64,000 bases of DNA from the human T2T-CHM13v2.0 reference genome, Homo sapiens: assembly GCF_009914755.1 (NCBI RefSeq), contig NC_060945.1; one strand, given 5' to 3'. Shown here piece by piece: positions 24,735 to 40,146 of this stretch. Numbering within the stretch: position 1 is the stretch's first letter; each line of letters begins with the position of its first letter. A model generated the notes under the pieces. It was given only the letters and a program-made list of their open reading frames with translations. It was not told where the DNA came from and searched no databases. The position numbers and the translations under genes are program-made.

Positions 24735-25228
24735 TGAGTAGAGGTATTTGTAAATGCTTTGCTACTTCTCCAGTTGAGAGGTAGAGACAATATTCTCACC
24801 CTTGGATTTGGGCTGGTCTTAGAGAGTTGTTAGCCCAAAACAATGCAATAGATGACCAGGCCTTTTAAGAACTTCCAAGCTAGAACTTAAAGGACTTTGC
24901 AACTTGGGCCTGGGCTCTCTGAAACATTTTCTTTAGAAGCCCCTAACTGCAATGTATAAATTCTAATTAAGCCATGACTCCCAAATGAGTCTAGCCTGCT
25001 AGCCATACCACAGCCTGAGAGTAAACCTGTCTTGGACCATCTAACCCAGCCCATAGGCCAAGTGAATACTGCTTTGTGAATTGCTGTTGGAACCATGTAA
25101 AAATAAACAACAAAAAATCCCCCTAGTTTAGCCCTTCCTGAATTCCTGATCCATAGAATCATAAAATAGAATGAATATGTTATTCTTCAATTCCTCTGAG
25201 GCTTGGAGGTAATTAAGTAGAACAAGCC
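24735..25228 (+). mobile_element. MaLR solo LTR (MLT1G/H-like)
   Basis: acttctccagttgagaggtagag...cccttggatttgggctggtctt...agcccttcctgaattcctgatccatagaatcat. Confidence 0.7.
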
Positions 25229-26182
25229 ACTTCCTTTTTGGGAGGGTGGGAGTGGATTCAGGTTATACAGCTTTAGAGTAGTTCACAGAAATACTTTTAT
25301 ATATCACAGCTTTCTCATATTCACAGACAGTTCTAATCACTTTACTGAAATTACACCCCTGTCACAGATCTAACAGATACTGCTTGATTAGGATGAGATC
25401 TGGTAGGTTAAAATGTGCCTCAGAAAATAGGTGATGAAAATGTGTGATAAGGATTTTAAAAAATTACACTTAATTCAGAATTACAAAAAGGCAGAATTTT
25501 CACATAAACTAATTCCATCCAATTTTTAGATTACAAAGAATGTATACATATTTTGTGTCTAAATACATACAGATACATATGCATATTTTGTAAAATAGAA
25601 CATTTATATCAAAACTAACTTCACACATTTGAATTATGTGTCAAACAATTGAATTATTGTTGTGACACACACAATCATACATACACATTTTGTATGTGTA
25701 GTATGTGCATGTGTGATGTGTGGCTTGTATGTATCATAATAATTTGATGGATTTGTTATACTTGAACACGTATAAAGGTTAGTTTTGATACAAATCTTCT
25801 CTCTTACACATACATACTTTCAATTAGTTACTAAGGTTTTTTCTAAGCTGATGTGGATCTTTCTATCCTGGCCTTTATCCATGTCAGTTTCTAGAACTAT
25901 TCTGCCAACTCAAGCCTCTGTCCCTTTGCAAATACTTGTCCCTCAGTTTAGGGACATAGTTTTCTTCATCATGCTGTGCAACTATACATAGTTTTCTTCA
26001 TCATTCTGTGCAACAGTTGTTTTCAAAAGGTTTCTAAAGTACATTAACTTAAATAAATTAAGAAAAGTTTAATTTATTTGATATTGGCTATGTATATTGA
26101 TGCTACTTAGCATTTTTGTGTATAGGGAAGACTATGCAGCTAGTAATTTTGTCTAACTTATATTTATTAAATTTCTTATCGG

Positions 26183-26268
26183 TCTCCTCCCATCGGGCCC
26201 CTCCTCCAACACTGAGGATTACAATTCAACACGAAATTTCAGTGAGGACACAGAGCCAAACCATAACA
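26183..26268 (-). mobile_element. MSTA LTR, first ~86 bp only
   Basis: Reverse strand reads tgttatggtttggctctgtgtcctcactgaaatttcgtgttgaattgtaatcctcagtgttggaggaggggcccgatgggagg, then stops abruptly. Confidence 0.85.
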
Positions 26269-26955
26269 GTCTGCTTGTTTTTCCATTACGAAACCCTGTC
26301 CAAGATTGGTGAGTTTCATGTGTCAGCAATATAGTATTATTTTTCCAGCCTGCTCTTCAATTGAAGGAGTCGTACTCAGAGAATGTTAGCTCTATGAAGA
26401 TTATGCTTTTGCTATAGTTTACTAATTTAAGTTAGTCTCACTTCAATTAGTTTTGAAAATATTTAATTACATATGTTCATTGAAAAATGTTTATAAACCG
26501 TTATATATTATTTATACATCTACTTATAAAGGCTGATGTTGCTGGAACCATCCTCCCCTTCCCTAAAGAAAAATAATACACATCAGCTGTCACTTGATTA
26601 AAATGAAACTTAGGATAAATCCAAAACAAAAATGTATTTAAAAGATAATTTTGTTTTTCAAAAACCTTGTTAATTAATTGCTTCCAACTTTTGTGTGCTA
26701 GCTCTGCCCGTGGGTTCTATATTTATAAAGTTTCCAGGCTCAGCTGAAGCCCTTTACCACTATTTTGACAATTGATGGTGCAAAACTAAATTTTCAAAAT
26801 ATTGTCAATTGTCTATAATTCAGAAATCAAAAATTACATCTAAGTATAAAAACAGGCATTCTGATATTTTTGAGTGTATCAACATAGCTATAACTTTTTC
26901 TGAGTTGAGTTTACATTATATATTCTTCACTCTATCATCTTACTTTTTTAAAAAA

Positions 26956-27123
26956 TTTTTTTGAGACAGAGTTTTGCTCTGTCACCCAGGCTGTAGTGCA
27001 ATGGCATAGTCTTGGCTCACTGCAACCTCTGCCTCTGGGTTCAAGTGATTCTCCTGCCTCAGCCTCCTGAGTAGCTGGGATTACAGGCACTCACCACCAC
27101 ACCTGGCTAATTTTTGTATTTTC
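26956..27123 (-). mobile_element. 5'-truncated Alu (right arm only, AluS-like)
   Basis: tttttttgagacagagttttgctctgtcacccaggctg...cacacctggctaatttttgtattttc; left arm absent. Confidence 0.95.
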
Positions 27124-27632
27124 ATAACCAAGCATTTTTTTATATCTAGTTATTTATCTAACAGTAAAACAAGATTTTGGAATTAGAGAAAAGGCTCACA
27201 GAGCAAGTTTAGCACCAGTTCCCATACCGTGGTTCCCCACGTGGTGAAAGATAGGACTTGATGCCATTTGTGTGTGCAGTAGGGTGGCAATATAGGAAAA
27301 AATTCTCTAAGTTATGAAATTTGGAGCTTTTGTAGCATGACAGGTGCATTTTTTGAAGAGAGAGAGAAATCCTTTCTCTGGAGTGAAAAACATGAAATCC
27401 TCTTTGGGGAAAGGAAGGGAATATCTCTAAGTTTTTATTTTCATTTGAAATACAAGCAAATGTCTCCAGGGTAGAAAAGCTCCATAAAAATACACCGTCT
27501 CTAAATTCCAAGGCTTGTTTTTCGTTAAGCCATACTTTAAGCTTGATTGCCATTAATATAATATTTAACCACGAACAAACTTTAAAATGTTCATGGAGAG
27601 TTGTCAGCAAGTCTCCAGAAGAGGGAGCTGGG

Positions 27633-27637
<5 letters not shown>

Positions 27638-27697
<60 letters not shown>
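27638..27697. repeat. (GA)n microsatellite
   Basis: Read directly from the sequence. Confidence 0.98.
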
Positions 27698-27804
27698 ATG
27701 CTAAAACAGACAACTCAACTAAAAAAAAATTAAAGTATCAGCACTTAGAAATTGGAATTACCAGACCAGACATGTTATATAACTTTAACATGTTTTAAAT
27801 ATTT

Positions 27805-29975
<2,171 letters not shown>

Positions 29976-29989
29976 AACTTCTAATTTAG

Positions 29990-30600
29990 AGAATTGACAA
30001 TCAGTTTAAAGCATAAGAATTAAATAGACACCATTTTTAAAATATCAAGCTAATTGTCAAATAGAACTTCTAGAAATATAATTTGTGATCATTGCAATTT
30101 TTTAAATGGATGCATTAAATAGCATATTAGAGACAGGTGAAAAAAATAAACCAAAGGGTAGAATAAAAGTAAGTATGCTAAAATCAGAACAGATGAATAA
30201 AATACAGAAAAAAATTAAGTGAAATATAAGTTAACAGACTGTAAATGGCACTCTCTGATTAGCTCTAACAAAATCCAAAAGAAGAGAATTGGGAGAATGA
30301 GGGAGAAGTAGTTTCAGAAAGATAATAATTGAAAAAAAATTCCGAATTGGTAAAAGACATGGATCCTTACAATCCAGAAGCATAATTATTTTAAGCAGAA
30401 TAAACCTGAAAAGGATGTCAGGGAAAATCTCAAAACACTTAGGCAAAAAAAGTAGATTTTAAATACAACAGAGAGAAAACACTGATTACCTTCAAAGGAG
30501 TAAAAATGAAACTGGTAACAGTTTCACAACTATAACAATAGGAGCCAGTGAAATAGTCTAATAGCCAGTGAAATCATTATTATAAGGAAAAATAACCTAA
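29990..30600 (+). mobile_element. Ancient L1M/HAL1-type ORF1 remnant; probably continues from ~27700-27800
   Basis: taaatagcatattagagacagg...gagaatgagggagaagtagtttcagaaagataataattgaaaaaaaattccgaattggtaaaagacat...gattaccttcaaaggag. Confidence 0.6.
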
Positions 30601-31389
30601 TTTATATGTTTTCTTAGATGTACTCTAAATTTAAAACATATGAAATAGCTATTTTGTTTTGTTCTATGGACACATAAGAGGTACTAATGAAAAGTTATTA
30701 GAATCTCTTATGGGTCCATAGAACATACGCACACAAAAATTTGCAAAAACTTTAAATTTGTATATTTCAAGAGCCTGTTTCTTGCTCTAGACGTGCACTC
30801 TGCGATTCAAGCTACTTTCGGGAAATGAGTGAGTAATTATCCTACTTTTTTTAGATTTCTTGTAATATATAGTTTATAGTGCCTTTCTTAAGAAAATCAA
30901 TGGTATTGATTTTGTTAAAGGCATCGTCACTTACTACACACACGTGCTAAGACAATTTACATACAATATTGTTTATCCTTTTTACAGATGGTTCATAGGC
31001 ATTCCAAACATCCACTAACTCAAGTAAATAATGTTTGCATTAGATTCATACGTAGACATGAAGAAACCTTTTTATAAGGCATAATATCTTGGTTGGGGGA
31101 GGAGTGGAATGGATGATAGATTTACTGTCCAGTTACTAGTAATGCTTTTTGACGTTTCAAAATATGTTTCTAAAGAAATTTGTACAGAACAGTGATTCTT
31201 TAACTTTAGAGTTCACATACAACTCAGTATGGCAAAGGATGTGTTAATTATCTATAAAACCTCTTCTTTCTAGCTATTGAACATTTTGGTACATGTAATA
31301 TTTATTTTTTTAAGTGAAATGATCTTTGCTTCAATCTCTTCACCCAAAATTGACTATATGGTGAGAGTTACATAACTGTTGATGACGTT

Positions 31390-31630
31390 GGCCATGTGAT
31401 TAGATTGCCTGCCTGATTTGAATTTTAGTTTCACCACTGTCTTGCTTTTGGACAAAGATAGACAGTCCCTAGATAGACATTTTTCTCTATAAATATTTAG
31501 CCTCATTTTTTTCCCATACCTAACTACAGAATAAGAATAGTAGAAACCTCTTAGGTTTGTTGTCAGCATTAAAGATTAAATTAATTTTCATCATTTAATT
31601 AAGTTACTAAACTATTCAAGAACTATTAAC
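31390..31630 (+). mobile_element. MIR
   Basis: tttagcctcatttttttccc...aataagaatagtagaaacctcttaggtttgttgtcagcattaaa. Confidence 0.55.
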
Positions 31631-32989
31631 AATCATTATTATTGTTCTAAATGGTTGACCACTGGTGTTCTGTCTCATTTAGAAGAGCTCAGCTACTTCA
31701 AAACAGAATTAGTGCTAGCTGAGTGAATTTTACAGGCAACATTATTTGACTAAATCAAGGGTGTATTTATTTATATTACTTACGTATAAACATCTCAATT
31801 CTGTACTTTATATAAGTGAATATATGACTTAGAAAAATACTCATGAATGTATTTTGAAAACACATTTAGATATTAAACTAGTAATCTTAAACATATACAT
31901 CTTTGATTGAAAGACATGTGTTTTGATCTGCATGTATTCACAATTTGTGTTAAATTTCAAACCAAAAATTTCTTGTGTTGTTTTTATTTTGCTTTGAAAA
32001 TATTTTTTACCAAAATTAAAATGTTATAACTAAGGGTAGTCCTAGTAAATTAAAACTTTGCAAATCTAATAATACAGAGAGCTAGGCTAAAAGAAACTTT
32101 GAGCAAAATGTCAGTTTTGAATAGAAATTATACGTCTGCTGGCAACATCCCCGCGTATTCCAAAACCAAGAGACAAAATCATATAGAATTCTGTTCACTT
32201 TAAAAATAGTATTTTCTCACTAAAAAGGGAAAATTGGTTTGTGCAAATTACTTCTAATATGATATAATTTTATACATCAGACAAATAAATGCAGTACAAA
32301 TTTAATGTTAATTTATATAGTCAATTTTTAAAATATTGAAAAATAATGAATATTTCATAAATGTATGGAGATTTAATCTACAGAATGATTAAAATGTTTA
32401 TAGTTTTTCAGTTTCAAAGATGGATAAAAATATGACAGGAAATAAAAAATAAATAATAGAGATCATCTCGCTGCTCAAACCTCATTTCAAGATATTTCAG
32501 GTTTTAACATAAAAACAATTTATGCTATAATGTTGCCTACAGAAAGTAGTTAACTGCTGTGAAGAATGTTTGCAGGTCACATTTCAGGAAATATATTTAA
32601 AGGCTTATTCACCAAAGTAATTTTAAATCATGGTCAACATATTTTACTACATTCAATATGAAACATAATTTAACTTGTTCTAGATCATTAAATATCATTA
32701 CTATAACTATTTATTTTTGCAGTTTCCTTTTTTCTAAACCTTGACCAGTGATTCTCAACTAATTCTGAAGACAATTGCCTTTATATTCATTCTTGCTGTC
32801 AATTTATGAATAGTTTTATTGAATGTTCCTTTGTCATTATCTTAGGAGACAAGTGATTACATCTCTTACTGACTATATTATCTTTGGCAGGTTAATTATC
32901 CCTTCTGCATTAGAGAGGCAAACTTTATATATGCATGCATGCATGCATGTTTATATGCTGAGTAGTATAAATTACTTACTACTTGACAA

Positions 32990-33545
32990 TCTTTATTCAA
33001 ACATTCCATACTACTTATCTAATTCCACAAATATTTTAAAAAATATTTTGAGCCAGGAACTATTTTAGATGCTGAGGAGTTATCGGTGAGCAGCTACACT
33101 TTTGAACTCATCCAGTATACATTTTAATGGGAGAGGTTTTGGCCTTGTGTGTGTGTCTGTGTGTGTGTGTGTCTGTGTGTGCGTGCCTCTGTGTGTGTGT
33201 GTGTGTGTCTCTTACGTAGTAATTAGAACTGAAAAATAAAGCAAAAGACAACGGATGGAGAGTGGCACCATTTTAGAAAGGGTGATAAAAGATAAGCACA
33301 CTTAGGAGGTGGCATTGGAGCAGAGATTTGAATGAAGTGAGTGAATCACATGCATAACAAGGGAAGTAGTCAGAATTGAGTTAGCTGCTAGCCTGATTGA
33401 AGGGGTATACACACCGAGGTGGAGAGGAAGGAGGTAGGACCAGAGAAATAACCATGGCTGGTGTCACAGAGGTTTCTGTAGACCATGAAAAGAATTTTGG
33501 GGTTTTCCTAAATTTGATAGGAATCTAGAGTGAGTTTCATTAGAA
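32990..33545 (-). mobile_element. LINE-2 (L2a-like) containing an interrupted (TG)n at 33146-33208
   Basis: gagccaggaactattttagatgctgaggag...ttttagaaagggtgataaaag...ggaggtggcattggagcagagatttgaatgaagtgag. Confidence 0.75.
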
Positions 33546-34224
33546 ATATTATTAGGGACGCATTGGATTTAATTTATGGTAATTTTCAAGTATTGTGGTT
33601 ACTGAAAGCAGTCCTACGACAAGGGTAAAGAAGTTACCAAACACCCCTTTATCACATTAAACAAAATCCACTTGCTGAAATTTAAACTTACTTCCTTTCA
33701 TTCTAGATTCAGTCAGTTGGAAAACACTTTTTTAGCATCTTGGTCTTCTGTATATAAAGGGTGCTTTTTACTTGAAGGGTTGCAAAGCTTTTTCCTTTTT
33801 TTTCCTATTTGATTTCATCCCTTTCTATGCTTTCTTTGATTTAATTTGAGAGGGAGAAAATGTTTGGTGCTAATTAATTCAATTTTGGGTGTGTGGTTTT
33901 ATTTTGTTTTAGAGCATAGCTTTTATTCTTCTACATGGAAATAACTATGATAACAATCAAGCATCCCTCATCATCCTGTGGGATAATCTTACTGAAAATT
34001 TGAATGTCGCTTTGAAGGTAAATTATGATTTTTCATGACTAGAATCCTTGCTAGAACAACCGTGGGGATTTATAGAACTTGCTTTATAGAGATAGTGCCA
34101 TACTCTCTTTTCCAGAAATATAACATTTATACTCACAAGCAAACAAGTATATTACAAGAAATGCAAGTTTTTTGTTTGTTTATTGCTATATCAATTTTTC
34201 CTATAAAAAGACATTAGATTTTTC

Positions 34225-34345
34225 TTTCTTTAATTATTTATTAAGTGTTTGTGATGTTCCACTGTTCTAAGTGCTGGAGAAACAGTAAAAAAACAAAAAC
34301 AAAACGGGAAAGCCCCTTCTTTTATAGAGATTATATAATTTATAC
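34225..34345 (-). mobile_element. LINE-2 3' remnant
   Basis: ttatttattaagtgtttgtgatgttccactgttctaagtgctggagaaacagt. Confidence 0.55.
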
Positions 34346-35460
34346 ATTTCAAAATACACTGAAACTTTTTTCGGTGAGGAGTGTATATAACACATTTCTG
34401 AAAATACTACCATCCTCTCAATTCATTCATAAATTGAACTAATGAACATGAATCTCATTAGTCATCCGCCAATAATAGTATCAGCTAGAACATGTATTGT
34501 ATTCTGAAAACGTAAAAAGTTTTTACAAAATATGCCTCTCTCTCAAAAATTGATGATCTACAATAAAGCTAAAAATTTGCTATTCTATGTAAGAAAATTC
34601 AACAGTATCAAGATTTCTGTAATACCCACGAGTCTTGATTTACTATATGTGATGGTCTGTTCAATTGGCTAAGATAAAGAAAGCACCTTAGCAAATTCCA
34701 GAACTTTATGAAGAAGAGCAGCTCACTCTGTTTTGTAGAAGAGAGCCAACACTTGATGTTCTCAATCAATGGGAAAGGGATATGAAAACAGGTCACATAT
34801 GCTTCTGTCCTTAACAGGTGGTTAGTACCATTCGGCATTTTCATAGGCTTAATACACATTTCCCTTATCCAGATACTGACAGAAATTATTATAAGTAGTT
34901 CTGGGGAGGGCAATTAGAAACCAAAATTTATTCCACTTGGCATTTATTAATCTTTACTAAACTCAAATGAATCTCTATAAAATGATTATAATTTCTAATT
35001 CATAATTTCTGTCAAATTGCATAATGTAAGGGCTTCCTCAAAATTCTATTAAAAGCTATATACCACTTCAACTTGTGCATTTTTTTATTGTAAACTGGCC
35101 TTTAAAAATATATTTTTTTCATCTTTTGCAACTTAAAGCTAAAAATCAGAAAGTTCCAGTTCAAGAGGTATAAAATGCACTCTTATTTCTAATATATAGT
35201 CATTGCTAGCCCTTAAAACTTGAATTTGTAATTATTGTTCAGTGGGGGCTTTAGAGTTTAAGATTCTAAAGATTTTTCACTTCAGGATGGATTCTAGTGG
35301 AAGATCTCAGGTAAGAATCTTATATATTTATAAGAAAAAATGTAATAAGCCAAAATGCATTTTTGACCATTTGATTTTAGTTATTAAGACAATGTATTTC
35401 CAGTGTGATTTTTGTCAAGAAAATGTATAAATATTCAGGGTAGTAATTTAAGATGCATAA

Positions 35461-35685
<225 letters not shown>

Positions 35686-36776
35686 TGATAGATATACTTT
35701 GCTTGTTAAAGTATTATCAAAATAAATATATTTAAAAGTGTTTATTTGAATTTAATTATTCCTTGTGAACATTTAAAGATCAATGAAAGTAGTATAAATT
35801 GTTATTAAGCAAAGAAATAAAAAATATTGAAAACAAACACTCTCAAATGTGCACAAAGAGAGAAATTTTTCCTTTTCCAAAATTATATGAAAATAAAAAA
35901 GTCTTCATTAAGAACAGATGAACATATTTTTAGGTAGCTATAGGAAAGAATAATTTTTCTAAGCAAACTTTTACGTGAGTTCTAAGATTTCCAATGATAT
36001 AAGAATTATCCTTCTGCAACCAGAGGTGGTACCAGAATCCAGCTTAGACATTTATCGTATCTTCAGGATCTCTCTGTGACTTTGGTATTTTACAGTAGAG
36101 TATACACGTGCAAGAACAGGACCTGTTTATTACATGTTATTTGAAAATGTGTTCAGAGTAATCCTGAATGAGTTGCTTGAAATACACTGATTTAGTTTTT
36201 TTTTTTTTTTTAACTTTTGTTTTATGTGTTTTAATTTTAAGTGACGATTTAGTTTGGCCAGAATGAAATGCAGGAGAATGTGTCTAGAACGGGAAACATA
36301 AAAATTAAAATGTTCAACTTTCTCAATCACATAATCTGAATTGGCTTTGAATGTCTGAGTACGTATTTTTAACTTCGGTGACCATGTACCTCTGAGAGCT
36401 AAATTGGAGAATTCTTGAATGTTATTTATCAAATAATTTTAGAAATCCACATAGATCATGAGCATACATTTATGTTGTTGTTTGCTATGCACTCAGAATC
36501 ATGGTATTATGTGAAGTAGTATGTATAACTACTATATCCCTTTATAGCTTATAATTAAATTTAAAAAGCATATGTAACATTCTTATTTTATATAATTAAT
36601 GTTACTTTTTTGTTATTAAATATTTTTCATAGCCTTTAGAAAAGAAAATGTATACTCAATTCATCTAATTTTGCATATATCTTTTTAAAAACAATAGATG
36701 TGTGTTTTGGTTTTATGGACAGCCACAGTGGTGTGATTGATAGAAAGTTATTGTCAGACAAAAGCACGTCCATACC

Positions 36777-37303
36777 TGTGATAGTTAATATTGAGTGTCA
36801 ACTTGACTGGATTGAAGGATGCAAAGTTAAGGTGTTGCCAAAGGAGATTAACATTTGAGTCAGTGAACTGGGAGAGGCAGATCCACCCTCGATCTGAGTG
36901 GGCACCATCTAATCAGCAGGCAGCACGGCTAGGATAAAAGCAGGCAGGGGAAAGTGGAAGGGGTAGACTGGCTAAGCCTTCTGGCCTCCATCTTTCTCCC
37001 GTGCTGGATGCTTCCTGCCTTTGAACATTGGACTTCAAGTTCTTCAGCTTTTGGACTCTTGGACTTAAACCAGTGGTTTGCCAGAGGCTCTCCGGCCTTC
37101 CGCCACAGACTGAAGGCTGAAGTGTCGGCTTCCCTACTTTTGAGGCTTTGGGACTTGGACTGGCTTCCTTGCTCCTCAGCTTGCAGACGGCCTATTGTGG
37201 GACTTCACCTTGTGATCATGTGAGTCAATACTCCTTAATAAACTCCTTTCATATATACACCTGCCCTATTAGTCCTGTCCCTCTAGAGACCCTGACTAAT
37301 AGA
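36777..37303 (+). mobile_element. HERVL solo LTR, MLT2A2, inserted into a MIR
   Basis: tgtgatagttaatattgagtgtcaacttgactggattgaaggatgcaaag...ccctctagagaccctgactaataga; perfect 5-bp TSD atacc/atacc; MIR-like flanks. Confidence 0.95.
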
Positions 37304-39269
37304 ATACCTAAACTCAATATCTGGCTTATAAAATAGAAAATATAATCTCTCAGGATTAGTCCAAGGATTAAATAAAGTGCCTTGTATGTGACATGAACAA
37401 TTGATATTTTCCCCTAGAAATAAAGTTTTAGTTAGATAAATAAATATGCTTACTCAATAGTAAAAACGAAAGGCAAATATATGATAAAGGACAGCATAAA
37501 TGTTTGCCAGGTTTCCACTACTTGTTCTTTTAAAACAGTATTCCATTTAGCATATTTTTAAAATAGCATTTCACTAATTTTTTTAGGCAGACAATAATTT
37601 ACATTTGGAAATGAACTTGTTTCTCTGACAGCAGATGTATGTTTGAAATACTTCTTCCTTGAATAAAACTTGTGAACAGATTAGGAATCTAACTCACATT
37701 CAGATAACAAAGGGCATGAGTGAAAGAATACATTCAAATAAAATATAAAGGCATGTTCAATAACTACCTGTAATGTGATAAATAGAAGTCATTAGGAAAC
37801 TATGAAGCTACAATGTGCTTAGGGTTTCTAGGCATAAAGGGAAGGAGTCATTTGATTTCTAAAACTCAAATAGAAAAGTGCTTTTAATAAAAGAGATGAT
37901 GATAAATATATTCTCCTCTGAAAAAACTAACAATCACTGAGCGAGAAATAAAGTACCATTTATTTTAATCAAAACAAGGTTTCCTGAGAATCTGATAAGC
38001 AACTATAGTTTGGGATAAAACACTGGATAAATGTATGAGTGTCATGCTCTATTTATGTAATAAATACCTTTTGGAAAATGCACATCCACTAAAGTGATTT
38101 TGGATGAATCATAGTTTACATACACAAAGGGATTTTTTATTTGAATTGCAAGAATGTGCATTATGAGGCAAATAATTTGCTTTGAGCAAGAATGTCCTTT
38201 TTGTTTTCATTTTAAATATGGATTTCACATACTGTGTTTATTTCAAGAGAAACAGACCCATTTTGATGAATAATAGGTATTTCTGACATAACATTCTGAC
38301 ACATTTAAAATACTTATTTGCTAAACAATTATGTACATTATATAGTGTTTTGTACTCATGATTAAAAAAGAATTTCAAGTGATAGTGTATGAAAAAATTA
38401 CTGGATGCCAAGTAAAGAACATGCTCTAAAAATAGCCTCCTTAATACAGAATTTTCAGTAAGAGACTCACAGAAACAAATAAGCATATTTATTAATATTT
38501 AGCAAGAATATTAAGAATAATTAATAATATGTATTAAGACTTATAATAGATAAGACTTATTTTTATTATTTTCCAACTTACACACTCATACAGGTTATTA
38601 ATTCATTTTTTTCTGATTATTGTCTCTGGTTATTAAGGTTTATCATGTGAGATAATATTCTTAAGCAACAAATATACCTACAGAAAATAGTATAGTTTGT
38701 ATAAAAAAGAAAATTTTAATTGTGAAAAAGGAAAAGCATAACTGAAATGAAATTATTATATATAAATGTCTTAAGATAATTTAAGATGCTAAATTGGTGT
38801 TAATTAAATCATTAAATTAACTTTAGTAATTGAATTAACCATGAAGTAACCCTTATGTAGGTAAAAGTAAGCAATTTGTAATATTTCTGCATTATGAAGA
38901 GATTTATAAATAGAAACAATTGCTTTTATTATTATACTAGTTTCTACAGTCCCCCAGAAAGGAGTCAAAGAAAGTTCTCAGGACAAAAAGCCCAAAACTT
39001 CTCAATTTTGTTGCTTCATTTAGAGAGCAAAGACTAAGCCTCAAATTTCAGGGGTTTCACTGTATTTTCAGATCTATCTGGTAAGACTAACAGCACATGT
39101 AGTTTGGAATGATTATTTTTCTGTCTTTAACAGGCTTTCTTATTCCTTACTGCTATTTGGTACATTTCACAGTTCTTCATGAACATGAACAGTTTTATTT
39201 TAATTAGGTAATGGAGCAGTTCTACATCAAGGGGATCCTTCAATCTACTTACATTGAATGATAGGAAAT

Positions 39270-39485
39270 TATCTGCGGAGATCTGGGGTTTAAGTTCAGG
39301 GAGTGAGCGTGGCAGCACTGAATCTCATTTTAGACCTTTCCTTAGCTAATTTGTAAGCAAATATGAGATTTCCTTTACTTTTAGAGTCCTAAGTATTTAG
39401 TGTCCTCTAATTTTCTCTCGTGTAAAATGAAAGCTTTGCAATAGATTATGTAAATAATTTTTAAAAGTTTCCTCACAGTTTCCAT
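39270..39485 (+). mobile_element. MIR/MIR3 remnant
   Basis: ggagatctggggtttaagttc...tcctctaattttctctcgtgtaaaatgaaag. Confidence 0.4.
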
Positions 39486-39724
39486 TTAATTAAGTCCAAT
39501 TCCCTTTCTAAACAGAGACTAGTTTCTGATATCAAATTGTTCCCTGTAGCATTATTATTTATACATTGTCCAAACGATATACAAAATATTTATTTTTTCA
39601 TGTCATTATTTGCCAGTTTAAAAATTATTTTAACGTTTTGGGTTTCATAATGTACTGCACTTGTTGAATTTAGAGCTAGACGACTAAAGAGTCATATATG
39701 GAACCAGCGATATTTGGACCATGA

Positions 39725-40146
<422 letters not shown>

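Noticed and set aside
27209-27610. 133-aa minus-strand ORF (and the similar 133-aa ORF at 50029-50430)
   Set aside because: No recognisable domain, no ATG start and no clear splice structure; the second overlaps antisense L2-like sequence. Such lengths are expected by chance.
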